Positions 40,675 through 49,543 are shown, numbered from the stretch's first letter. The stretch: DNA of 64,000 bases from Leptolyngbyaceae cyanobacterium (GCA_965263355.1 CBDHHL010000032.1:1792001-1856000); one strand, 5' to 3'. Notes: generated by a model not told the origin, from the letters alone. Program-made: numbers and translations.

Positions 40675-40896
40675 ATGATTATCAACGATTTAAGCTATTT
40701 GGGCGATGCCACTAAAGATGCAGCTATCTCTGGTGGTCGTCGTTATTATTACTATCGTCCACGTAATAGCGCGAATGCAAGTGCTTCAGCCGTTGCTCTT
40801 GGCTACAATACTTACACTAGCACCTATACAAGTGCATCAGTGATTCAAGGCAATGGTTCCTCGTCTTCTTCCGGGTCTTACGCAAATGCTTCCTAA
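40675..40896 (+). CDS. Double-glycine-leader secreted peptide precursor 2 (paralogue of precursor 1)
   Basis: Same RBS context; leader MIINDLSYLGDATKDAAISGG; 52-aa core sharing NSANASASAVALGYNT..TYTSASVIQG. Confidence 0.88.
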   Translation: MIINDLSYLGDATKDAAISGGRRYYYYRPRNSANASASAVALGYNTYTSTYTSASVIQGNGSSSSSGSYANAS

Positions 40897-41070
40897 TCCA
40901 GGGTGTATGCTTGGAATGTAAATCCTCGAGAGTCGCTGAAAGAATGCTAAAAGTGCCCTTTCAGCGATTCTATTCTTACAGCTAAAAGATTTTAAGTGTG
41001 AGAGTAGATAAGTCCTTCTCGAGGAATTTGCACCTTGAGAAGGACTTATAATCCAACAAGGAGAAAAACA

Positions 41071-41331
41071 ATGAGTCAGTTAGTTATATCAGACCTTGAT
41101 CTTTTAGAAGATGTATCAAATCAACTCCACATTCATGGTGGTCATCTTAATGCTGTTTTGAGTGCCACTGTAACTGCCGATCTTGATGCAGGCTTGTATA
41201 CTCAAGGCAATTTAATAATAGGAGGCATAAGCTTCTATTATCATGGAAGCTTGGCTGGGGCAACAGCTGGTGCAGTGGCCTCTGGTGGGCGACGAGTTTC
41301 GGTTTCGGTTTCTGCCACTGCTCAGGCATGA
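41071..41331 (+). CDS. Double-glycine-leader secreted peptide precursor 3
   Basis: AAGGAG RBS before ATG 41071; leader MSQLVISDLDLLEDVSNQLHIHGG; Ala/Gly/Val/Ser-rich core. Confidence 0.82.
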   Translation: MSQLVISDLDLLEDVSNQLHIHGGHLNAVLSATVTADLDAGLYTQGNLIIGGISFYYHGSLAGATAGAVASGGRRVSVSVSATAQA

Positions 41332-41339
41332 AGCAAAAT

Positions 41340-41372
41340 GTGTCGATGTCGCCACAATAGCAACATCGACAC
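41340..41372. terminator. Hairpin between convergent genes (possible bidirectional terminator)
   Basis: GTGTCGATGT...ACATCGACAC. Confidence 0.55.
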
Positions 41373-41435
41373 TATACTTATCATCACAATCAAGAAAATT
41401 TTCCAATTACTTACCAGTTTATTCAATCTTCGATC

Positions 41436-41771
41436 CTAAGTTCTCCATCTAAGGGATGGTGATTTTGTTTTGTGGAACCATTTTTTCCGGCCTCCACTTA
41501 TGTTTGTTCGAGACGTATCAACTGTCTTTAAGTATTTAAGATCAGAGATTTTCCCAGAGATTTGACAACTATTAGAGTATTGCTTAATAGTAGAGGATTC
41601 TTTCAACAAACTCTCTTGGTGACGGTTTGCTTTCATCAAACGATGATAAGTTCGATAGGGCATATATTGAAGAGGGTTGTGGCCTTCACCACAGAGAAAT
41701 AAAATACAAGCCCAAGAATATTTGCCATCAAGAATTGCCTCAATGACTTCATCAAAGTATGCCTTATTCAT
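41436..41771 (-). CDS. hetP: HetP-family protein 1
   Basis: Signature VIEAILDGKYSWACILFL..GHNPLQYMPYRTYHRLMK; GGAG RBS. Confidence 0.88.
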   Translation of the reverse strand: MNKAYFDEVIEAILDGKYSWACILFLCGEGHNPLQYMPYRTYHRLMKANRHQESLLKESSTIKQYSNSCQISGKISDLKYLKTVDTSRTNISGGRKKWFHKTKSPSLRWRT

Positions 41772-41809
41772 TCGTTGTCTCCAGTGTGTGAGTAGTAAGT
41801 TTTAAGGGG

Positions 41810-42016
41810 CTATTCCACTACATTAGAATGGCTACTGACATGACTGCTAGAATAGCTATGGGTTTGATTTGGAAAGGTTTCAACCTCGACGCTTTGTTGG
41901 TATGTTGTATAACTCTCAGCTTGGTCATCAGAGATAATGACAACGCTGCTTGCTTCGGCAATAACCTGACCATTTTTAGTAATGACGCGTTTTTTAACAA
42001 CTTTTTTCTGTGTCAT
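41810..42016 (-). CDS. Small Ser/Val-rich hypothetical protein
   Basis: AGGAG RBS; co-oriented between the foldase and hetP; VITKNGQVIAEASSV...SYSSSHVSS. Confidence 0.7.
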   Translation of the reverse strand: MTQKKVVKKRVITKNGQVIAEASSVVIISDDQAESYTTYQQSVEVETFPNQTHSYSSSHVSSHSNVVE

Positions 42017-42159
42017 TGGTTTATTTCTCCTAATTGGTTGCTGTCTCTGTTTTGTACTATAAATTAGCTTGAAATCAATGCTGATTTACTAAACCTTATT
42101 CACGTCTAGAATAGAAGTCTTCCCCTCAAGGAAGCTATAGGGTGAACCTTGAGCACAGC

Positions 42160-42924
42160 TTAAACTGTCGTTTTCAATATACTTGAATCCAATTCGCTAT
42201 AAAGCAGATGGTTGATCTCTCGTTCTAACCACTCGTCAAATAAATCTTGGATGATTTCTTGTCGAACTTCATTGGTTAGTTGGGCTGGGATAAACGCTTC
42301 AACCATAAACAGATGGTAACTAGACTCTATTGCAAGGGGTCCAATAATTGTCCCTAAGGAAGCACCAAAGATGGCAGCTGCAACCTGGGGTTGCAGGTCC
42401 CAACGAGATAGCTTACCTTCATAACCGCACCGTAATCGACGCTCTGGGTCAGTATCATATCTATGGGCAGCTGCATAAAATGTGATCTCTTTTTCTAAAA
42501 TTTGATAGCAGATCTCTTGCACAACGTGGGGATCGTCAACCTGCAGCTGATAGAGTAAAACCTGATCAAATTGAAGTTTATTTTGTGAGAAATATTTTTC
42601 GACTTCCGAGTCAAATAATACATTTGCTAGCTTTTTCTCTAACAATTTTGAATATATACCCGCTTCCCAGTCGTCAACAGACATTAATTGATCTGCTAGC
42701 CAGACAAACGTATCCGCTGCTTTTTCTAGCTGATATTCGCGACGAAACTGCTCAGCTTCAGCTTGAATTTCTAGAGGTCCGATGGTTAGGTTTTGATTAC
42801 GAGCACTATTCTGAATAACGCGTTGACTCAACAATTTTTGATAGATATTTCTCAGTTGGATTGTTTGTCTAAAATAACTAACAATCTCTTCCGAAGTAAA
42901 GTTGACCTTTGAAAAATCTGCCAT
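42160..42924 (-). CDS. PpiC/parvulin-type peptidyl-prolyl isomerase (foldase) associated with a type I exporter
   Basis: Helical chaperone N-domain, then 'FYAAAHRYDTDPERRLRCGYEG...AAIFGA..IIGPL..YHLFMVE' rotamase-like domain. Confidence 0.82.
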   Translation of the reverse strand: MADFSKVNFTSEEIVSYFRQTIQLRNIYQKLLSQRVIQNSARNQNLTIGPLEIQAEAEQFRREYQLEKAADTFVWLADQLMSVDDWEAGIYSKLLEKKLANVLFDSEVEKYFSQNKLQFDQVLLYQLQVDDPHVVQEICYQILEKEITFYAAAHRYDTDPERRLRCGYEGKLSRWDLQPQVAAAIFGASLGTIIGPLAIESSYHLFMVEAFIPAQLTNEVRQEIIQDLFDEWLEREINHLLYSELDSSILKTTV

Positions 42925-43186
42925 ATTTCAGAGTCTTTTAGGTAAATAACTCTTATGTATATCCAAAATCGTAACATGCCTGTAAAAGCAGCAATCGGCT
43001 TCAACAAGATTCAGGCAATTCAATGGGAAATTCCTAGAAAAGGTTACACATTCATATCAATAATCCAGAGTCAATGTGCAGCATATACAAACAAATAGTT
43101 CGTATTTCTGAAGAATAGCTTGAGCCCAACAAGAAATCAGGCCATTTTGGCCTAATGTATATTTTGTAACAAAAATCCTAAAAAAA

Positions 43187-43228
43187 TGATACTCAAACAG
43201 GTTGCAAAGAACAGCTGTTTGAGTATCA
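43187..43228 (-). terminator. Intrinsic terminator after hetP-2
   Basis: TGATACTCAAACAG...CTGTTTGAGTATCA with an A-run on the left (U-tail on the minus strand). Confidence 0.7.
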
Positions 43229-43271
43229 AAGCTAAAGCATTAGAAAAGATATAACCTGTTCTTGGAGCGGC

Positions 43272-43604
43272 TCACCGCGATTTGATACCTAAGCGGGGTA
43301 TACAAAATCTTGAACGAATTCGTCTGGGCTGAAATCCACCTTGTACAGAACGACTACTATGGTGACTGCTTTCTAAGTGTGATAAGTCTACAATTTTTGG
43401 TCTATGTCTATGGTTTTGGCTCTTCAAAGTAGTATTGTCGCCCCGCTTATATCCTGTCTGTTGTTGTCTAAGTAAGCGATTATAAGTACGACACGGGATG
43501 TATTCTTTGGGGTTATATCCTTTTTCACGTAGCCATAATACACAAGCCCATGAGTATTTACCCTCTAAAATGGCTGTCATCACATCATCTGACTGCTTAT
43601 CCAT
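43272..43604 (-). CDS. hetP: HetP-family protein 2
   Basis: AILEGKYSWACVLWL..GYNPKEYIPCRTYNRLL signature. Confidence 0.88.
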   Translation of the reverse strand: MDKQSDDVMTAILEGKYSWACVLWLREKGYNPKEYIPCRTYNRLLRQQQTGYKRGDNTTLKSQNHRHRPKIVDLSHLESSHHSSRSVQGGFQPRRIRSRFCIPRLGIKSR

Positions 43605-43760
43605 TTTTCGACACCCTCTATCTGTTGGTCAATTAATGATTGTTTTCTATTCCTAAATAATTGATCTATTTGCGAGGATTCTCACCTGAATTATTTCAAG
43701 ATTCTATGAAGAATCCATAGAATCCTAATTGAAATTGACATAGAGTCTAAAATTCAGCCC

Positions 43761-45140
43761 TTATAAGTTAAGTCCTCCTTTTTGTAACTGCTTAAAGGGA
43801 TCAATCAAGATATCGATGATTCGACGTTGACGAATACTAATATCAACGGTAGCCGTCTGTCCCGGTTTAAATTGTTTGATTCCTTTTTCTGTTTCCAATC
43901 GGTTTGTTGAGAGGGCAATTTCTAGTTCATAAACATCCCCCAAGATGTCATCTTTGACGGTACCAGGGGCAACCTTCTCTACACTCCCGTCAATAACGCC
44001 ATAGTCTTGAAATGGATAGGCATCAAATTTAATCCGGGCAGCCATCCCTTGTTGTATAAACCCAGCATCTCGGTTAGCAAGCTTGGCAGATAACACTAAT
44101 GGGGCTCCCTCAGGCGCTATTTCAGCAATAGCCTGTCCCGCCTGTACAACTTCATCGGGATTGGCAATATTAAGGGCAAGGACCACACCATCAACAGGGG
44201 CCATTAGGGTGCTATGGGCTAATTTGGTGCGAGCCCCTTGCAGTTGAGTCTCAGTTTCAAAAATGTTAGCTTTGAGCTGGGTTATTTCCACCTTTAGCTG
44301 TTGCAGGCGTTGTTGGATTTCTAATATATGGCGTTGCCCTTCCGCTTGTTTTTGTGTTTGTTCTGCACCTAAACGCCTGATTTCTGAAAGCTGCTCTCGC
44401 AAATTGCCCTGTTGTTGAGTCATGGTTTGCTGGCGTACTAGCAGAGATTGCTCTGCGTCAAAAAAATATTCTTTGGAAATTGCACCATTTTCCTTTAATG
44501 AATTTAATCGTTGAATGCGGTCTTTATGGGCTACAATTTCTGCCTGAATTTGCGCTATTAACGCTTGTGTAGTATCTACATTGGATTTAACCCGTTCAAT
44601 GGCTGCAGTGTGGGCCAGGGTATCGGCCTGGACGCCTGCCTGACGAGTCTGCATTTCTATATGGGTTTGTTCGACTAATGCTTGAGTTTGACTAAGTTTC
44701 TTTTGGGCCGCCTTTAATACTTGTTCTAATCGCTCAATTTCATTCTGATCAAGTCGATCATCTAGTTGAAGCATCACTTGTCCAGCTTTAACCAAATCCC
44801 CTTCTTTGATAAAAATATCTGATACCTTGCCCTGTTGAATAGGCATAACTTTGTAAGCTTCACCTTGGGGAACAAGCTTGCCGCGGGCAGAGCTGACTTC
44901 TTCGACTTTGCCGACATAGGCCCAGATTCCAAATGCAAGGCAAAAGCCTATGCCGCCTGCAAGTAGACGATAGGGGAGTTGTGCAGGGGGGCGATCTAAG
45001 GTTGATTGTACAGCTAGGGACCAGGTGGCAGCTGTGGCCTGGTCAGGTGATGATATCGATTTATGGGGAAAATCGGGGGCATTCGAGAAATTTGTCATAG
45101 GGATACGCTCTGAAGATAGGGGCTTTGAAAATGGAGGCAC
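43761..45140 (-). CDS. hlyD: HlyD-family membrane fusion protein (alternative start 45098)
   Basis: TM segment, ARGKLVP, lipoyl-like halves, coiled coil, APVDG, FDAYPFQDYG, PGQTAT. Confidence 0.93.
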   Translation of the reverse strand: MPPFSKPLSSERIPMTNFSNAPDFPHKSISSPDQATAATWSLAVQSTLDRPPAQLPYRLLAGGIGFCLAFGIWAYVGKVEEVSSARGKLVPQGEAYKVMPIQQGKVSDIFIKEGDLVKAGQVMLQLDDRLDQNEIERLEQVLKAAQKKLSQTQALVEQTHIEMQTRQAGVQADTLAHTAAIERVKSNVDTTQALIAQIQAEIVAHKDRIQRLNSLKENGAISKEYFFDAEQSLLVRQQTMTQQQGNLREQLSEIRRLGAEQTQKQAEGQRHILEIQQRLQQLKVEITQLKANIFETETQLQGARTKLAHSTLMAPVDGVVLALNIANPDEVVQAGQAIAEIAPEGAPLVLSAKLANRDAGFIQQGMAARIKFDAYPFQDYGVIDGSVEKVAPGTVKDDILGDVYELEIALSTNRLETEKGIKQFKPGQTATVDISIRQRRIIDILIDPFKQLQKGGLNL

Positions 45141-45222
45141 TGAATAGTGCAGTGATTATCAATTTTTTTCATTCGAGGGACAGAGCAAAATAAGCGTTAA
45201 ACCTTAAGAAATTGCCCATGGC

Positions 45223-48200
45223 TTAGCCCATGAGCTGTTGTTGGGCTAAATAGTAGTAAAGCCCTTGTTCTGCAATCAACTGATCGTGGTTGCCCTGCTC
45301 CACTAAAATGCCTTGGTCCAGGACAAGAATGCGATCCACCTGGCGTACCGTTGATAACCGATGAGCAATGATAAATGTAGTATGGTTACGACTCAGCTGG
45401 GCCAGGTTATGTTGAAATCGACGTTCTGATTCAGTGTCCAGAGAGCTGGTTGCTTCGTCTAAAATCAGTACCCGAGGCTTTCCGAGCAGTGCCCGCGCAA
45501 TGGCAATCCGCTGTCGTTGCCCGCCTGAGAGGGTAGCTCCTCGCTCTCCTACCTTGGTGTTGTAACCCAGGGGTAAGGCTTGGATAAAGGTATGGGCTTC
45601 GGCTAGCTTAGCAACCTCAACAACATCATCAATTGTATAGTTGGGCCGATATAATGTAATGTTGTCCAGAATCGTTCCAGAAAATAGAAAACAGTCTTGG
45701 GGAACCACACCTAGTTGCGATCGCAACGAATGGGGAGCAATATGTCGAATATCATGACCATCAATCAAAATACGCCCGCTACTTGGTTGGTATAACCCCT
45801 GTAGTAAACTAATGAGTGTTGTTTTCCCTGAGCCACTGCGTCCTACGATAGCAACGGTTTCTCCAATGGGCACCTCAAATGATACATTTTGCAGGATATT
45901 CCGCTCTTCATCTTCTGCATAACGAAAGGTAACATTGTCGAGCCTAATCTGCCCCTGAATGGAGGGAAGTTGCAGCATAGTTTCCTGGGCCGCTTCCTCA
46001 GGCTTGGCAGAAAAAATATCATTGAGGCGTTCTACAGAGATTGTTATCTCCTGAAACTCGTCCCATAAACCAACGAGTGCTAAAACAGGTCCAATTACAC
46101 TGCCAATCAGCATGTTAAATGCAAAAAATTGCCCAATAGTCAGCTGATCCTGGATAACGAGATAGGCCCCATACCAAATTAAAGCAGTACTGCCCAGGGA
46201 ATGAATAACGCCACTGGATGCCTGCAGGGCATTCGCTAATTTTTGACCATGAAATCGGGCATTGAGCAGTTCAATCAAGTCATTTTCCCAACGCCATCGA
46301 GTTTCTTGTTCAACAGCAACTGTTTTGATCGTACCAATACCCGCCATGATTTCGACTAAAGTAGAATTTTCCTTCGCATCGGCATTAAAAATCCTGCGAG
46401 AGACTCGTCGTAGTAGAGGCGTGGCTCCAACGGCTAGCAACGCAATTAACGGGATAAAGACCAATACTACTAAAGTTAAATGCCAGTTGTAATAGGCCAT
46501 TAGCCCAATATAAACAACCATCATCAAGACATCTAGCCATACAATTATCAACTGTCGCGTAAGAAATAACTGAATTTTCTGTCCTTCCTCAACTCGGGTT
46601 GTAATATCACCCACATGGCGAAAGTCAAAAAACTTTAAGGGTAACCTCAACGTATGTTGTACAAACCCACTGAGTAATGAGAGGTCTAAACGATTGGAAA
46701 AGTAATCCAATAAATATTGGCGCACGGCGGTTAACCCAATTTTCCATAGGCCAAATAATAATAGACCCATGGCAAATACATTTAAGGTAACAACGCTGCG
46801 CTGTACCACTACCCGGTCCAGAATAACCTGTGTAAACAAGGGGGTGACTAATCCAAAAATCTGAATAAGTAGGGATGCCAGGATGATTTGAACAATCAGA
46901 TTGCGGTAAGGCCATAATAACCTCAATAGATTGCCCAGAGACTGTTGATTCTCAGTGGATAATGATTGTAATCGTGCAGTTGGTTCCAACAGCAGGGCAT
47001 ATCCAGTCCAACCAGCCAAAAAGTCTTGACGCTGGAGCCATTTACGTCCCTTTGCCGGATCCGCAACCAAAATACTTCTATGATGAATCTGGTAGACCAC
47101 AATATAGTGATTACCTTGCCAGTGAGCCACAAAGGGACCTTGTATTTGAGATAGGCGATCCAAACTAGCACGGACTGGTTGAGCATCAAATCCAACCTTT
47201 TCGGCAGCCCTCACCAGTCCCTTCAGGGATGTTCCCTCACGACTGGTACCTGCGAGTTCTCGTAGCACGTTTAACCCTATTTGTTTGCCCCAATATTGGG
47301 CCACCATGGCTAAACAAGCGACCCCGCAATCTGCCGTACTTTGCTGTTCAATAAAGGGAAACCCATGCCACGGTCGCCGACCTCGATATCGAGGCTGAGG
47401 AAACTCAACCACCGTTTTTTTAGCTAATTCCAATCCAGAAGCACTTGAGTCCAATGGAGTCAGTGATTGATGCGGCTGTCCAACCCTATTGTTAAGCTGA
47501 CTAATATTGGTCGTGTCCGCCTTGAATCCACGCTCCTCTGAACTACTCTTCTTCAGACCATTTGAAACTAGTTTGGAGTCCGAGGCGTGTAAAAATGGAA
47601 AGCGTGTCCACTGGTGCTGAGGTAGACTGTAAACCAACAAGGTTTCTTGAGCCACCCAGTCGTTTGAAACTGGTTGAGGATAGCCCCAATCATCACCTGG
47701 CAGTAATAATTTATGGCCACCGTGGGAGAGTTGAATACGGCCTTCTTTGAGCCAAAAATGACTGGTACTTCCTAACTCAGCTAACCGCTGTTGAGGCTCC
47801 AGCTGTTGTTGCTGACAAGCCGTGGCAAAGGATTCTAGCTCGTAACTACTCAACTCTTGCAGAGAAGTCATAGTTTTAAAGAAAATCAGCTTTTCACGAT
47901 GCTGAGCTTGAGTTTGTAAATATGTTTTCAGATCTGATAGCTGGTCAATCCAACGTTGAAGCACAGTTAACGGCATATATGCGGCCTCAACATTGCCAGC
48001 CGCTACAACCCGATAGGGCATGGCATGATTGCCCAGAATAGGTTCTGCCCCAAAGGTATCACCGCTCTCCAGGGATTGCACAGGGGTCTCCCCCATCTCC
48101 CCAGATTTAGCAATAATTCGGGCACGACCACAACATATTATGTAGAAACCTTTACGTTCTCTGTGATAGACCGATTGTCGAGACTCTCCCCCATATATAA

Positions 48201-48327
48201 ATAGTTCATCTCCCATCCTGTACTTACAACTTTGAAAGGCTCGATTGAAATCAGCAGAAATCCCTGGTTTTATATCTACATCAATGAGTGCAGAGATATC
48301 AAAAGGTACAGTAGAAAAGTAATTCAT
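45223..48327 (-). CDS. Peptidase-containing ABC exporter: cNMP-binding-like domains + C39 peptidase + TMD + ATPase (HetC/PteB-like)
   Basis: C39 QQSTADCGVACL, HYIVV, ADPA with Cys/His/Asp intact; GRSGSGKTT, LSGGQRQR, ILDEATS; N-terminal 'GFYIICCGRARI...GDTFG' cNMP-like fold. Confidence 0.93.
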   Translation of the reverse strand: MNYFSTVPFDISALIDVDIKPGISADFNRAFQSCKYRMGDELFIYGGESRQSVYHRERKGFYIICCGRARIIAKSGEMGETPVQSLESGDTFGAEPILGNHAMPYRVVAAGNVEAAYMPLTVLQRWIDQLSDLKTYLQTQAQHREKLIFFKTMTSLQELSSYELESFATACQQQQLEPQQRLAELGSTSHFWLKEGRIQLSHGGHKLLLPGDDWGYPQPVSNDWVAQETLLVYSLPQHQWTRFPFLHASDSKLVSNGLKKSSSEERGFKADTTNISQLNNRVGQPHQSLTPLDSSASGLELAKKTVVEFPQPRYRGRRPWHGFPFIEQQSTADCGVACLAMVAQYWGKQIGLNVLRELAGTSREGTSLKGLVRAAEKVGFDAQPVRASLDRLSQIQGPFVAHWQGNHYIVVYQIHHRSILVADPAKGRKWLQRQDFLAGWTGYALLLEPTARLQSLSTENQQSLGNLLRLLWPYRNLIVQIILASLLIQIFGLVTPLFTQVILDRVVVQRSVVTLNVFAMGLLLFGLWKIGLTAVRQYLLDYFSNRLDLSLLSGFVQHTLRLPLKFFDFRHVGDITTRVEEGQKIQLFLTRQLIIVWLDVLMMVVYIGLMAYYNWHLTLVVLVFIPLIALLAVGATPLLRRVSRRIFNADAKENSTLVEIMAGIGTIKTVAVEQETRWRWENDLIELLNARFHGQKLANALQASSGVIHSLGSTALIWYGAYLVIQDQLTIGQFFAFNMLIGSVIGPVLALVGLWDEFQEITISVERLNDIFSAKPEEAAQETMLQLPSIQGQIRLDNVTFRYAEDEERNILQNVSFEVPIGETVAIVGRSGSGKTTLISLLQGLYQPSSGRILIDGHDIRHIAPHSLRSQLGVVPQDCFLFSGTILDNITLYRPNYTIDDVVEVAKLAEAHTFIQALPLGYNTKVGERGATLSGGQRQRIAIARALLGKPRVLILDEATSSLDTESERRFQHNLAQLSRNHTTFIIAHRLSTVRQVDRILVLDQGILVEQGNHDQLIAEQGLYYYLAQQQLMG

Positions 48328-48639
48328 AACTTAACCTTCACAATGCGCAAGCAAAAGTCTCAAAAAACCTAAAGCTACAGCTTTAAATTTTTAAAAAAAC
48401 ACAGAGCCAAACATACAAATATAATACAGAGCCAAATATCAGGCCTGAACATACCCAGGCCTTGCATTAGCAAAAGATGATCAAAAAACTCAAGTACTAT
48501 GGCAGGCCTGTTTTCATGTCAACCTACTCTTATGGACACAGCACCTACCGCACTAGTACCTGTGTCTTAGAAATTGAACCAGATGAAAGTATGTCAACAG
48601 AAGTAAGGAAACACAAATTTTACACTACGTCGATTATGA

Positions 48640-48826
48640 CACTCAAATCCACGCCCGGTTCAAAACCGAGCGCTAATTGAAGGTTGCCTGAGTAAAGCGA
48701 CAAAACCGCTCGTGCTATTTGGGATTGCCTATAAGCTACTAGCCCCTTTGAGTGGGTTATATCCTGTTAGCCTTGGGTTTGAACTCTGGGCGGGATAAAG
48801 CCACCTCGCCAGGTGCAAGATGTGAG
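48640..48826. repeat. Dispersed repeat family C (palindromic REP/MITE-like)
   Basis: Aligns by eye with 58220..58345 (GGTTCAAAA..., ATCCTGTTAGCCTTGGGTTT...GGGATA); ends CAGGTGCAAGATGTGAG. Confidence 0.65.
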
Positions 48827-49231
48827 TGAAACCCTTTTTAGGGAGGAGAGCGTTGCCTGACTATAAAAAAGCCGAAAAGTAGAAAACATTTTTCAGTATC
48901 ACTATGTTAAATCGAAGCAGAAATTTTTATAAAAAAGAGTGATTTTTGCGAACCCCATTGAGTTCGCATAGCCACGGTTTTATATATAAATATATATATG
49001 AGATATCAACAAAAAACAATGTTCAGTTTGAGTTGTTAGCAAATTTAAATAATATTTGACTGTTGTACTCTCAAAAAGGCAAATTTTATCTAACCTTTCA
49101 ACTAAAGTTTGAATAGCTCTGGTTGAAGCTGAGTGATATTAGTCTGCTTTAGAAATGCGTTGCCCTATCTAAGTTTGACGTCAGGATCATCAACGTATAC
49201 TTGGCTTGCATCACAAACAGGTTATGACACC

Positions 49232-49247
49232 TGTGAGGAATTTCACA
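49232..49247. promoter_or_regulatory. Consensus CRP-family binding site
   Basis: TGTGA-GGAATT-TCACA in the long intergenic region upstream of the exporter operon. Confidence 0.5.
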
Positions 49248-49459
49248 TTTAGAAATGTAACACGAACTACTGAGGTGAGTTAGATAGCTTCTTAATAAAC
49301 TATTACCATTCTGTACCTAAAAACCATGTAGTATAGAGTGCAGTCCAGTTCATTTTTGTGCTATTCTAATGTAGTACAAAATGCTACTCATCGGTGTCTG
49401 CGGTCTAACCATTCATGCAATGTCAGGTTTGCAGTCGAACTGCAATTGATCGAGTCAGA

Positions 49460-49543
49460 TTATCTTTCCAAAAGCGTTTGAAACGATACTAACGCCTGCT
49501 TTAGTCGTTTGCCACTGACCCAGGTAAAGTCATTGTGACCTGC
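49460..49543 (-). pseudogene. 3' fragment of an alpha/beta-hydrolase gene cut by an IS end
   Basis: AGHNDFTWVSGKRLKQALVSFQTLLER*, with a GHND catalytic-His motif; begins exactly at the IS inverted repeat. Confidence 0.65.

Noticed and set aside
40107..41331. Lanthipeptide/microcin-type modified RiPP precursors
   Set aside because: Cores lack Cys and no modifying enzyme is in the cluster. Modification in trans cannot be excluded.
48477..48680. 67-aa ORF upstream of the exporter
   Set aside because: No recognisable motif or RBS, and it runs into a dispersed repeat; probably spurious.
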